Shown: positions 47,977 through 58,305, counted from the stretch's first letter. The stretch: DNA of 64,000 nucleotides from a virus (IMGVR_UViG_3300030117_003223:509-64508), one strand, 5' to 3'. The notes: a model not told the origin generated them from the letters alone. Made by a program: numbers and translations.

Positions 47977-48582
47977 CTAAATCTTTTTAAGACTTATATT
48001 AAATGCTATACAGATTCTTTTGAGTGACCTGTTAGGTGTAACACAATGGAGTAGGTAACTAGGAAACAAAACCATCTTGCTAGGTTTTGTTTCTACGATG
48101 TAATAACCAGTATTGGTATTATTTTGTTTTTTTACAGGCACCATCTCATAGTTTGTGCCAAACAGAGGAGTGCGAAAGAATAGAGCGCCGTCTCCCTCTG
48201 TAGCAGTTGGATAATAAACTCCACTCAAGTGACTGCCAGGATGATTATGAAGCTCCTGATTATGTTGTTGCCCATACACGTTTAACCAGCAATCATCTAT
48301 TACAGGTCTATATCTCACATTATCATACCCTAGTATCTCGCACAATTCGTTAGCATGAGTAACTATAGGTTGATTTAAATCTTTGAATAGTTCATGTTCA
48401 AGTATGTTTTTTGTGATATCGCTAGAGTATAAATCACAGGACCAGTTCACAGGTTTTGCGTTTGGATTTTTATCCATCCAAGAATCTAAATTTTCAACTA
48501 AATTATCATTGAAGTCTTCCATGTCAGGAACAAGTCGCTGAATGATGGGGATGGCAAATAGGCTATCATAATGTAAATTCAT
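47977..48582 (-). CDS. Putative 2OG-Fe(II) oxygenase (TIGR02466-like)
   Basis: WLNVY, HNHPGSHLSGVYY, LFPSYLLHCV, RICIAFN. Confidence 0.85.
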   Translation of the reverse strand: MNLHYDSLFAIPIIQRLVPDMEDFNDNLVENLDSWMDKNPNAKPVNWSCDLYSSDITKNILEHELFKDLNQPIVTHANELCEILGYDNVRYRPVIDDCWLNVYGQQHNQELHNHPGSHLSGVYYPTATEGDGALFFRTPLFGTNYEMVPVKKQNNTNTGYYIVETKPSKMVLFPSYLLHCVTPNRSLKRICIAFNISLKKI

Positions 48583-48597
48583 ATGTTGTCATACCGT

Positions 48598-48792
48598 TTA
48601 ACTGTTTAACTCGTCAACTATGGGAAAAATAATATCTGCAATTTCACTAATTTTCATATCAGGATGATCAACTTGAATTTCTATCAGAAGAGTATCTGCA
48701 ACACGTAAAATTCCTGTAGCATTTCCATTTACTTTCTCACGTTCAATTGCAGCAAGTAAATAATCTCTACCCTCCTCAGCGGTTATACTCAT
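48598..48792 (-). CDS. Small hypothetical protein
   Basis: 64 aa, ATGA-coupled to the upstream ORF. Confidence 0.55.
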   Translation of the reverse strand: MSITAEEGRDYLLAAIEREKVNGNATGILRVADTLLIEIQVDHPDMKISEIADIIFPIVDELNS

Positions 48793-50225
48793 GCGGGAAA
48801 TGCTCCTGTAAAGTAAACAAATTCATGGGCAGTGTTATCTGATGAACTTACACCTGTAAACAATACGAATACATCAGTGTTATTTTTTGGATAAATTAAA
48901 CCACCTAGATAAACATCAGTCTTTGCATAACTCCAAGCATTCTTAACCGTAGTATATGCACTGGGATATAATACTCCTCCCGAATAGTTAAACTCAAATT
49001 CTACAAAATCAAAATAAGTAGAACCTCCTGATTCATACTTTCTTAGCGTTCTGTATCTGTTTAATTTTGTTCTATGCTGTCCACTACCATATTTGTTGCC
49101 TGTGCCGCCACCACCTCTTATAGTTTGTCCAAGTTCTAATTCATTAGAAGGAATTTGATCTCCACCAGGCCAAACAGCGCTTGATCCTGCTGTGGGTGTT
49201 GTGCCACTCCAAGTGATGGGAAAACATACTGAATTACTAGGATTTGCAGTATCTAAATGCAGTAAAACATTACCCCAATCAGTCCAAAATAATTCTGGTG
49301 ATTCTGAGCTTCCAGAATGAGATGGTAATGTAAGCACATTACCGTGATACGCTCTGGTTTGTCCTCCAGAACTTCCGTCCCAGTTCATCACCTCTAAATT
49401 AACTCTTGTGTTAGTTCCTAGAGAAGTGCTTACTGGATCAGCTAAAGCAGTATTTCCATCTATGCTACCCCCAAAGGACATATAAAAATAATCGTAGTTG
49501 GTGGTAGGATTGCTGTAGCTTCCTCCGTTACCTCCTATAGCACAAAATCCTTGACCTATAGAAACTAAATGAGGCTCTGCAAAAGAACCATCTGTGGGAT
49601 TCCAATTACCTGTACCTCCGTAATTAGGACTGTTACTGTTTTGTCCACCGTTAGTGGCACTGGACCCGTCTGTGGTTTTTACTCCATAGTTTCCTTGAGC
49701 ATTTCCTGATGAGCCTACGTAAACCAACATGTCATCTGAAATTCTGTTCATACCACCATATGGTCCACTGCCATGAGTGTGTGTGTCTGCGCCGTCGGTT
49801 ACGCCAGCAAGGTTGCTGTTAATTGCTTGCACCGTTCCGAGAGATGGGTAATCATTGGGATAACCGCCTCCTCCTCTGACTCGTTGCCCCCATCCTCCAA
49901 AAAGACCATCTGTTTGACTCCAGGCTCCACTAATACTTGTACCACCTCCATAATCAAAATGTGATTCTACAGACAAAGCATGTGTTGTAGTATTATAACT
50001 ATAGGTGCTCATATCATAATCACCACTGTTATAATGAGTTGCCATAAACCAATTGGTTGCTGTGCCCCCAGTTACATCGCTGTCATCTGTTACCCAATCT
50101 CCATGAGCTGCAACAATTAGGGGTCCAGTTGAGACAGTTGCCTCTGCTGATGTATTGGAAGCTTCAACTCTGTTAAAGGAATCTTGCAATACTCCACTAC
50201 TATATGCTGCAAAATTAGAAGTCAT
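48789..50225 (-). CDS. Gly/Ser/Thr-rich hypothetical, possible receptor-binding protein
   Basis: 478 aa, aromatic and Gly-rich, inside baseplate/fibre cluster. Confidence 0.55.
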   Translation of the reverse strand: MTSNFAAYSSGVLQDSFNRVEASNTSAEATVSTGPLIVAAHGDWVTDDSDVTGGTATNWFMATHYNSGDYDMSTYSYNTTTHALSVESHFDYGGGTSISGAWSQTDGLFGGWGQRVRGGGGYPNDYPSLGTVQAINSNLAGVTDGADTHTHGSGPYGGMNRISDDMLVYVGSSGNAQGNYGVKTTDGSSATNGGQNSNSPNYGGTGNWNPTDGSFAEPHLVSIGQGFCAIGGNGGSYSNPTTNYDYFYMSFGGSIDGNTALADPVSTSLGTNTRVNLEVMNWDGSSGGQTRAYHGNVLTLPSHSGSSESPELFWTDWGNVLLHLDTANPSNSVCFPITWSGTTPTAGSSAVWPGGDQIPSNELELGQTIRGGGGTGNKYGSGQHRTKLNRYRTLRKYESGGSTYFDFVEFEFNYSGGVLYPSAYTTVKNAWSYAKTDVYLGGLIYPKNNTDVFVLFTGVSSSDNTAHEFVYFTGAFPA

Positions 50226-50234
50226 GTCCTACCC

Positions 50235-50828
50235 CTATGCATCATTCGCAGCATCTGTAGTAAAGAATATCTTTACACCAATAAGTCTCGCATCCTCTGC
50301 CATGTCATCATTAGAATCTGAGACATCTCTAAAAATTCTAAAGTAAACAATGTCACCAACGGCAGGACTCCCACCAATGGTAAACGCACTACTCTCTGCT
50401 GTTACACATAAATCTTCGGCTGCACCTAACGCATCATCAGTTACCAATTCAATACTACCATAAGCAACATCAATCGAGTTATCATCTGAAACTGCAACAC
50501 CCTGTAGTCCCCATGCAACACCATCCGTATCAGTTGCGGTTGTAGTCCAATATACTTGATACGAAATCTGACCCTCATTCCAACTCTTGGGGAATGCAAT
50601 CTGAAACTGTGCATGTTCATCGGAACTTGCGTCAAAGTCTAGAACTTGCATATCTGGACGACCAGATTGAGTTTCTACTTCTGTATGTATACTGCATCCA
50701 TTTGATACCGTAGGTTTCATCCCCGCTACAGGAATCCAGATAGTCTCTTTACCTGGCGTTTTTGCAGTAGGTGAAGACTCCAGATGTATAAAATTAGCAG
50801 AGGATGGTATAGTACCCATATACGGCAT
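50235..50828 (-). CDS. Putative virion/fibre-associated protein
   Basis: MPYMG start; ETIWIP, DFDASSDEHAQF..AFPKSW. Confidence 0.6.
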   Translation of the reverse strand: MPYMGTIPSSANFIHLESSPTAKTPGKETIWIPVAGMKPTVSNGCSIHTEVETQSGRPDMQVLDFDASSDEHAQFQIAFPKSWNEGQISYQVYWTTTATDTDGVAWGLQGVAVSDDNSIDVAYGSIELVTDDALGAAEDLCVTAESSAFTIGGSPAVGDIVYFRIFRDVSDSNDDMAEDARLIGVKIFFTTDAANDA

Positions 50829-51193
50829 TAGGTTATCTCCAACACACTTAGCGCAGCATCCAATACACTACCGGCAGATGCACCTATTGTTATTACATCA
50901 GTTGCCTCCACGACAAGTTTCTGACCACCAAAGACTTCGAGTGTAGAGTCTGCTGGAACAGAAACTTCATTGAGTAGCGTAACGTTCTCGTTGTTAGCAT
51001 CGTTTGAACCTGTTCTGCTCCCAGTGTTACTTGTTAGTTTAACTGTAACATCTCTGTCAGAAGCATCTTTGTTACATATGTTTAGACCAAGAACAATTCC
51101 AGTGGTAGAGGTAGCACAGGTATATATCGTACTAAAAGTGCCGCTGTCTATAGCAACATCTGCGATTGTAAAAACTTTAAAAGTATTAGCCAT
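50828..51193 (-). CDS. Putative small virion protein
   Basis: MANTFK...IYT...GLNICN...VPADSTL...LSVLEIT; late promoter upstream. Confidence 0.65.
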   Translation of the reverse strand: MANTFKVFTIADVAIDSGTFSTIYTCATSTTGIVLGLNICNKDASDRDVTVKLTSNTGSRTGSNDANNENVTLLNEVSVPADSTLEVFGGQKLVVEATDVITIGASAGSVLDAALSVLEIT

Positions 51194-51216
51194 TTATTTT
51201 TTCTCCGTCCTAAGAG

Positions 51217-51224
51217 TATTTATA
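51217..51224 (-). promoter_or_regulatory. T4-type late promoter
   Basis: TATAAATA. Confidence 0.72.
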
Positions 51225-51227
51225 TTA

Positions 51228-51881
51228 TTACCCTAGAGCAATACCCAATGCTATAACATCTCCTACTACCGCTACGGTATCAGTTGCCGCTGGCAAGGTA
51301 AGAGTTACATCTGCTGTCGATGCTGGACCAATTAGAGTTGCTTTGTTTGTTCCGTTATCACTGTCCTCAAAAAATTCTATGAACCCAGCAGAGGTTGCAC
51401 CATTTTTAACTGATAGACTAGCACTATGCACACTTGTTTGTGAAAAAGTAACCGCCCCAGCAGAAGCAATCGTTATTGAATCCGCATCAGAGGCAGAACC
51501 TATTGTGCCCCCGTTAGCAATAGCAAGATTACCAGCAAGAGTCACAGCAGAGTTATCAACTTTTAATCTTTGTGTTCCACCAGTGGTAATTGCGACTTCG
51601 TTTGCTGCACTAAAGAAAATACCTGAGTCAGTGTCACCTGTTTTAGTTATTGATGGCGCACCAGCAGAACCAGCAGCAAATGATGCGACAGACGTGATAG
51701 TAGGCGCAGCGAGAGTAACCACAGATGCCGTGGCACTTAACCCAGATGTTAAGTCACTCCCATCACCTAGAAGAGTATATATCTCATTAAAGTTATCATT
51801 TATCTTGTCACCACCAACACGAATAGTGTCACCAGTACCATCATCAGGAGTAGAACCTAGACCAATTGCTTGTTTTGTCAT
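51228..51881 (-). CDS. Baseplate/fibre connector with gp9/gp10-like N-terminus
   Basis: KQAIGLGSTPDDGTGDTIRVGGDKINDNFNEIY; ALGIALG C-terminus. Confidence 0.75.
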   Translation of the reverse strand: MTKQAIGLGSTPDDGTGDTIRVGGDKINDNFNEIYTLLGDGSDLTSGLSATASVVTLAAPTITSVASFAAGSAGAPSITKTGDTDSGIFFSAANEVAITTGGTQRLKVDNSAVTLAGNLAIANGGTIGSASDADSITIASAGAVTFSQTSVHSASLSVKNGATSAGFIEFFEDSDNGTNKATLIGPASTADVTLTLPAATDTVAVVGDVIALGIALG

Positions 51882-51900
51882 TTTATTTTCCTTGTTACTT

Positions 51901-51908
51901 TATTTATA
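51901..51908 (-). promoter_or_regulatory. T4-type late promoter
   Basis: TATAAATA. Confidence 0.72.
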
Positions 51909-51912
51909 ATAG

Positions 51913-54900
51913 TTACTGTGGTATAGTCATATCAAATGTGTGTTCTGTAGTATCAAATCCTTCAGCGGTTGAATCAAATCCTTGGAAGAGTCCAGCAAAA
52001 TAAATACTCTCAAGAAATGCTTGCTCTGTGCCTTCTTCTAAAAGAATATTATTACCACCAATATTGACACCGCTCAAGTCTACTGTGTCAGTTTCAAACT
52101 GTATCTGAATATCTCCACCATCTAAAGCATCCTCACCTTTAACTCTACCTATCCTACTCACGTAAATTTCAGAGGGTCTATTAAATCTTGGAACTCTTGT
52201 AGAACCAGTGAAGTTTTCCACAGGCATAGAACCTATAGATGTGTTATCTTCAAGTGCAATCGTTTGAGTTTCCACTGATAACTTACCGCCACGTAGTAAC
52301 GCGGTTGCATCTTCTAGTAAAAATTCATCTCCATGAGTTGTAGCAACTGTGGTTTCATCCTCTTGCATAATCGAACCAGTGTCACTTTGTTCGTCCAAAA
52401 TATTTACTATCGAATCATCGTCAGCAATGTTAAGTCCATCAGCGATAGATAACTCACTTATGCTAGGTGGTCCAGCCACCTCATCCTCAATCTTTAAATT
52501 AAATCCAGTTTCCAATAATAGATTTTCGCCGTCCTCTTGAACCACAGTATCATTTCTAAAAACAAGATAATCACTAAATGAAATGCCCTCACCAAGATTA
52601 TGGTCATCAGTAGTTTCCAAAAGTATTCTATCACCAGCATCTTGATCGGAAACTAGGTCAGAGGTGTTATCAAGAAGTATATCACCAACCATATTTTGAA
52701 TACCAAGCGCTAATCCTGCCTCAACTGCAAGAGTATCACCTAAGAAACTTTCTTGTCTCACATTACTAAGGAACGTTAGTCCATTTGCACTATCTCCAAT
52801 ACGACTTGGATTTGATTGAACAATCGCAGTGATTGTCCTGACTACCCTTACATCATATTCACCTGTGAGAGTTCCATCCTCTAAACTGAGTTTTACTCCA
52901 TCCAACTCAGTCTCAGTGCGAATGACACCAATACCAGTTTCAGTTTCTAACTCAACATGTTCCGCTGCAAATCCAAATGCTTTAGGTCTACGTTTATTTT
53001 CTTCAGCAAATAAAGTCTCAAATGTGGACGCGAGTATCGGACTAAACGTATTCGTATCTGCAACATACTCATCACCTAGAGATGCGCCTGTAGGTGTGGA
53101 GATACCCGCATAGATTCTTGTTGCCGTCTTAACTTTACTAAAGACGGCAAACCCAGATGGATGAACTGCTTTTTTAAGCTCGTCAATATATGAACCCGCA
53201 CCTGATGCAGTTTGCACCTCATATGAGAACTGTTGATAATAGAAGGAATCCTGTATGCGAATAAGGTCTTCACCTATTAGACTTTCAATACTAGTGCCAT
53301 AACTACCAAGTTTATCAGCAGTAAGTCCAAGACCCACAGTTGTTTTTGCAATGTTTGCATTTACAATTGTGCCACTAGCAGTCGCAGTTGAGATAGTTGA
53401 ATTTACAAAATCTATATTTTCATTTTCTAAAATTACATTGTCGTTTTCATCAAGTCCAGATGAGTTAGTTCCATCGAAAACAATTTCATCAAAGTTTTCA
53501 ACAGCAAATACTGGGTGACCACTATTATCTTCAAGAACGATGACAGGTTCCGCACCATTATCAGTGCCATTCGCATCTGTTCCATTTAATACTATTGTTT
53601 TACCTTCACTTGTAACGAGATTCTCACCTGATTCAATATCATCAATAATAATATTATCACCAACACCAAATTTAACACTAGGGTCAGAACTCTCTTGCAC
53701 AAACTTAATATAACGTGTATTGATATCAAGCTGGTGGTCTAGGAGTAAAGTTATTTCTTCTTCATTAACAACGTAATCACCGTCCTCAGTGAGTATGCTA
53801 CCAGATGGACCTATACCACCAAAAGTTCCATCACCCGACTCCAGAAGAATTTGAGAAGCACGATCTTCTGCAAACTCCATAATCAGTTCGCCTCCGCCTG
53901 TCGCATCTTCCAGAGTGATGTAATCAGTCATGGCATCAAAAGCATCTAAGACAATATTGTTACCATCAGCATCAACAAGATTGTCACCAAAACTAATATC
54001 ACCATCTAGTATTAGACTTGAACCCACAAATAATAATTGCTCTGGAGCTGAGGCGTCCTCCAATCGTATTTGCTCTTCGTCATTGTCCTCACTACCAATC
54101 CCAACTTTATCTTCGATAGAAGTTTCAAGAATTTGAGTTCCACTCTCAAATGAACGAACCGTTCCATCATGAGTTGTTAGAGCAGAGCCAGCAGAGAAAG
54201 TCCCTGTTATATCTTTGATAACGAAGTTTGCACGAAACTCTGCTGTTGGTGCTTCGTCATAATCCATCCCAAAGTTAGTTACCTCTACGCTCTCAACTGC
54301 ACCTATCGTCTGTGTGGTTGCTAGAAGTTTTGTACCTGTTCCAAATTTGGAGGTAACTGTAACCGTAGGAAGTTTTGAGTAACCAATTCCACCATCCTGT
54401 AAAAATACTTTTGTTATATCACCCGAACCAGATTCTAATATAAATGAATCATCGTCTCTTTTAATTACATCAATTCTAATTTCGCCAATCGCTTCCTGAC
54501 ATTGAATTCTATCACCAAGAACTGCCTCTGTGTTTATACCGTCTGTGTATGACGCAGCATTACCAGACTCAAAGAAAAGTTCTCCACCATCCTCTTGGAC
54601 CAAACTAAGAAGTTCAACCTCTCTGTCTGTTCCCTCTTCTTGAACTAATGTGTCATTGTCCTCTGTTATGATTGAACCATGAATAACACTAACAAAACCA
54701 GTTGCAGCATCAACAAGACCTGCCTCATCAGAGTTGTCAGTGAATGTTAGAACATCCCCAATCTCATAGTTTGTTCCACCGTCATCAACAGATACTCCAC
54801 TAACTGAACCTCGACCTATCTTTTCAACCTTAGCTTCAACATCCCCACTGCCTATTGAAGTAGATGTATCTATATCAATAGCATCAGCAACATTATGAAG

Positions 54901-55920
54901 AATACCTCCATTAGTGACTGACATAGTAGAGACAATCTGTCTGACAGTAAAAGTAAACTCAACATCCTGTACAGATGATACTACACTTATAATCTCATTT
55001 CTCTCAAAAGTGCCATCAATTTGATTTAAATCTAACTCATCAATGATTGACCCATCTGATGGGTCAACAAACTGAGCAACCCCTTGAACTAACGCTGTTG
55101 CACCAGAAGTTTGTCCTGTAATTTTTTGACCTACTATTTCACTTGAGGTTGGAGAACCGATTGGTGTGACACGCATGATGGTAGGTTTATCCCAATCACC
55201 GTCAGACACACGAAGCATTCTAGTGTTAGGATAGAAAATCTCAGCATCCTCATCCAAAAGAATACGAAGGAATAGTTTTGCACCCTCTTGTGTTCCCTTT
55301 CTACGATATAGTTCTGCGATATTCTTCGTAAGATTTCTTTTATCTAATCCTGTAGCAAGACTGCTAGGGATTGCATTCATAAATGATTTACGAAACTGCT
55401 CAATGAAATCAAAGATAGTATTGTCAATATCAGCATATGCAAGAAGTTGTTGAATATTTTGTACAGGACTTGCCCGATACCTCGTCACTGTTCCAGTTGC
55501 ACTAGAGGTTCCGCCGGTGATTGTTTCTCCTGTGATAAACTGTTGTTGTGAAGTGATGAACAATCTGGGTGTTGTTGTGTTTCCAAGATCATCAACAAGA
55601 ACTTCAGCAGTTGCTTTAGAGGTTCCACCAGTGATTGTCTCTCCCACAACAAACTTACCAGTTGTCCCTGTCCCACTCTCCAACACAATGGGATTGCTTT
55701 CCTCATCAATTACAAGAGTGGGTGTGTTGACTTCTAAAAGAAGATTATCAATCGTCGCAGAAACTTGCAGCTCACCAGACTCAAGATATTTGTAGTAACT
55801 TTGAAGGAAAGACGAAAAGATAGGATGGTCATCAGCTACAAAATCAGGTAACTGACCATCTATCTGAGTGCTGACCTTATTAATCAGGTCTGGCGAATGT
55901 CTTCCATCAAAAGGTGCCAT
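51913..55920 (-). CDS. gp7: Baseplate wedge initiator with expanded acidic repeats
   Basis: QLPDFV, FLQSYYKYLE, LYRRKGT, RIQDSFYYQQFSYE, VHPSGF; follows gp6. Confidence 0.8.
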   Translation of the reverse strand: MAPFDGRHSPDLINKVSTQIDGQLPDFVADDHPIFSSFLQSYYKYLESGELQVSATIDNLLLEVNTPTLVIDEESNPIVLESGTGTTGKFVVGETITGGTSKATAEVLVDDLGNTTTPRLFITSQQQFITGETITGGTSSATGTVTRYRASPVQNIQQLLAYADIDNTIFDFIEQFRKSFMNAIPSSLATGLDKRNLTKNIAELYRRKGTQEGAKLFLRILLDEDAEIFYPNTRMLRVSDGDWDKPTIMRVTPIGSPTSSEIVGQKITGQTSGATALVQGVAQFVDPSDGSIIDELDLNQIDGTFERNEIISVVSSVQDVEFTFTVRQIVSTMSVTNGGILHNVADAIDIDTSTSIGSGDVEAKVEKIGRGSVSGVSVDDGGTNYEIGDVLTFTDNSDEAGLVDAATGFVSVIHGSIITEDNDTLVQEEGTDREVELLSLVQEDGGELFFESGNAASYTDGINTEAVLGDRIQCQEAIGEIRIDVIKRDDDSFILESGSGDITKVFLQDGGIGYSKLPTVTVTSKFGTGTKLLATTQTIGAVESVEVTNFGMDYDEAPTAEFRANFVIKDITGTFSAGSALTTHDGTVRSFESGTQILETSIEDKVGIGSEDNDEEQIRLEDASAPEQLLFVGSSLILDGDISFGDNLVDADGNNIVLDAFDAMTDYITLEDATGGGELIMEFAEDRASQILLESGDGTFGGIGPSGSILTEDGDYVVNEEEITLLLDHQLDINTRYIKFVQESSDPSVKFGVGDNIIIDDIESGENLVTSEGKTIVLNGTDANGTDNGAEPVIVLEDNSGHPVFAVENFDEIVFDGTNSSGLDENDNVILENENIDFVNSTISTATASGTIVNANIAKTTVGLGLTADKLGSYGTSIESLIGEDLIRIQDSFYYQQFSYEVQTASGAGSYIDELKKAVHPSGFAVFSKVKTATRIYAGISTPTGASLGDEYVADTNTFSPILASTFETLFAEENKRRPKAFGFAAEHVELETETGIGVIRTETELDGVKLSLEDGTLTGEYDVRVVRTITAIVQSNPSRIGDSANGLTFLSNVRQESFLGDTLAVEAGLALGIQNMVGDILLDNTSDLVSDQDAGDRILLETTDDHNLGEGISFSDYLVFRNDTVVQEDGENLLLETGFNLKIEDEVAGPPSISELSIADGLNIADDDSIVNILDEQSDTGSIMQEDETTVATTHGDEFLLEDATALLRGGKLSVETQTIALEDNTSIGSMPVENFTGSTRVPRFNRPSEIYVSRIGRVKGEDALDGGDIQIQFETDTVDLSGVNIGGNNILLEEGTEQAFLESIYFAGLFQGFDSTAEGFDTTEHTFDMTIPQ

Positions 55921-55923
55921 GTC

Positions 55924-57828
55924 TTAATAACTCGATGTGGTTGGTGTTGACGATGTTGTTGTGAAACTTACGTTTCCAGAATCGTCTCCAACAGAAATAG
56001 TGTCAACTTGAGCAAGCACAGTTGTATTGGTAGTATCAATTTCTAATAGTTGGTTTCTCTTTGGAACAATGTCTAAAGAGTCAGGAATCGCAGTGACCCT
56101 AATCTGAGTTTGGGTTGCACCATCATAACTTGAAACTGAAGATACATAAAGTGACGTGATTGTAATTATTCCATTTGTGTAATCAACTGTTCCCGCTGTA
56201 GAACTATAGTATGATCTCACACCACCAACCAAAGAATATATTCTCAGATTTCCCGAACCGTCATCATCAAAAAAGTATTCTGTAGAACTCTGACCAAAAA
56301 TACCAAACCCAGTAGATGCGATAATACCTCCAGAGTCTTTGTTGTGGTCAGTGTGTGGATTAAAAAATGCGTTGTTATAATATATGTTATAACTTTTTGC
56401 CTGAGTTGTATCAGGGGTTAGTAATTTTGATAGAGTTACATTTAGAGTATTGCTGGTGATTGCAGAGTCGGTATTATCAATTTGACCAACAAGTTTGGAA
56501 TGTCTAAAGACACCGTTAAAAGTTTTGAGGTCGTCATCATTGAAACTCTCTATTGTGCTTCTAACATTTGTCTGAAGTGTCTCAGCAGATTTCGTGGTTG
56601 CGCTGGAGTTGAATTTTACAGTTGAGTTTAAAATAATGAATAAAGTTTCGGGGTCAACAACCACAGGAGTAATTGACGCTACGGTAAACGGTTGCAAGTC
56701 AGTTACTAATTGTTCCTTCTGTGTCTCTGTAAGATTTTGTCCTGTGGTAGATTTAACACTAATAAAAACCTTACCATACTCAGGAGTTGATACCACTCCA
56801 AGACTCGTATCAAAAGAGCCGCTCTCTCCACCAAAGACAGCAACCGCTTGTGTGTTGGGAAACAGTTGTCTTACGTAAGTTTTATAATCTTCAAACGTCA
56901 CACATCGACCCTGTGAAGAATAATCAAGAGGTGCGTTTAATTTTATAGATGACAAAGATTCGGGTTCTGCACCACCAACAGATGATGAGATTGTTGTGAC
57001 ACCAACATTAGTTACACCATCAATAGCACCAGCAGATGTAAACGTAGTCGCTCCATTACCCTCTGCTTTATTTGTAACTACAAATTGTAAGATGACAATG
57101 TTACCATCAGATAGTGCCTTTCCAATGACACCATCCCCAAAATAAACTTCAAATTTCCCTGCCTCTACCTCTTGTAAGAAATATACAGTGCTCGTGCTCG
57201 TAACTGATGCGATATCATCTGCTAATGTATATGAGGTGGTCGTTGAGTCAGAGGATGAGTTCTGAACTTTTACCGTGAGTGTGCGAGTATCAACACGATT
57301 CTCATTTATCAAAAACTTCTGTTCAACATCTTGCGAGTCAACGGTATATCGGGTTGTAATATAAGTTCCCTCATATAAGGTTGTGTTAGAAAAAACTATA
57401 GCGTTACCTATGTTTGTTGAAGTTACATCTGTTGTATTTACAAATGTAAAGGCAGTTCCGTCGATGGTTGTATTGAAAACTGCTCCCGCATCCATAGTAG
57501 CACTAGCATTACTAGTATTCAGTGCGATATCAACCACAGCAGTGGATGCCCTTGCAGATGTCGGCACGTATCCAAGAGTTTTTGCATGTGATACGATGGA
57601 TGAACGTAAAGAGGCACTATCAAGAAACATTTCATTTGCAAGCATGTTTGCATTGAACGCAAGATAGTGAGTATTGTATGCCAGAGTGTCGAGAAGAATA
57701 TTCATACCCGAACCCTCAAAGTCATAGTCAGTAAATTCTGTCTGCCCTTTGAGAAATACTTTTAGATTGTCTTTGATATCATCAAAGTCTAATTCTGTTA
57801 CATTAAGTCTTTTTGGATTTGCTGCCAT
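55924..57828 (-). CDS. gp6: Baseplate wedge subunit
   Basis: ELDFDDIKDNLK, DYDFEGSG, LAYNTHY, YFGDGVIGK, QGRCVT.EDY. Confidence 0.95.
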   Translation of the reverse strand: MAANPKRLNVTELDFDDIKDNLKVFLKGQTEFTDYDFEGSGMNILLDTLAYNTHYLAFNANMLANEMFLDSASLRSSIVSHAKTLGYVPTSARASTAVVDIALNTSNASATMDAGAVFNTTIDGTAFTFVNTTDVTSTNIGNAIVFSNTTLYEGTYITTRYTVDSQDVEQKFLINENRVDTRTLTVKVQNSSSDSTTTSYTLADDIASVTSTSTVYFLQEVEAGKFEVYFGDGVIGKALSDGNIVILQFVVTNKAEGNGATTFTSAGAIDGVTNVGVTTISSSVGGAEPESLSSIKLNAPLDYSSQGRCVTFEDYKTYVRQLFPNTQAVAVFGGESGSFDTSLGVVSTPEYGKVFISVKSTTGQNLTETQKEQLVTDLQPFTVASITPVVVDPETLFIILNSTVKFNSSATTKSAETLQTNVRSTIESFNDDDLKTFNGVFRHSKLVGQIDNTDSAITSNTLNVTLSKLLTPDTTQAKSYNIYYNNAFFNPHTDHNKDSGGIIASTGFGIFGQSSTEYFFDDDGSGNLRIYSLVGGVRSYYSSTAGTVDYTNGIITITSLYVSSVSSYDGATQTQIRVTAIPDSLDIVPKRNQLLEIDTTNTTVLAQVDTISVGDDSGNVSFTTTSSTPTTSSY

Positions 57829-58286
57829 TATCGTAATCTCTCTAATAGAACCGTGGTGTCAATTATTTCCGTGGGAGCATTTTGAACGTAGAACTCAATA
57901 CTAATCTCGTAAGAATTTCTGTCCAAGTCAGGTAATGCTCGCACACCAACAAGTCTTGCTCTTGGTTCAAAATTTTCTATCACGTCTTCTACCCTCTGTG
58001 ATAATACAAAGGCAGTGATAGGACTAAGGGGTTCAAATAGAAGATCACGAATACCAGAACCTATCTCTGGATGAAAAGGTTTCTCATAGATATTGGTAAG
58101 AATAAGATTTCTTACTGACCGTTTGATTGACTGAACACCACTTACTTTAGAGATATCGCTAGATGTAGATTTTTTACTAAAAAACAAGTCTAAATCTTTA
58201 AAGACTTGCGAATCCCTTGTCGTATTAATATTCCTAGACTGTGCATCAGAATAACTGGTGTTTAGGTATGAGTCTTCGGTTGCCAT
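57828..58286 (-). CDS. gp25: Baseplate wedge subunit
   Basis: FKDLDL, SIKRSVRNLILT, EKPFHPEIGS, NFEPRA. Confidence 0.93.
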   Translation of the reverse strand: MATEDSYLNTSYSDAQSRNINTTRDSQVFKDLDLFFSKKSTSSDISKVSGVQSIKRSVRNLILTNIYEKPFHPEIGSGIRDLLFEPLSPITAFVLSQRVEDVIENFEPRARLVGVRALPDLDRNSYEISIEFYVQNAPTEIIDTTVLLERLR

Positions 58287-58305
58287 GAGTAGTCCTTTTT
58301 CATAT

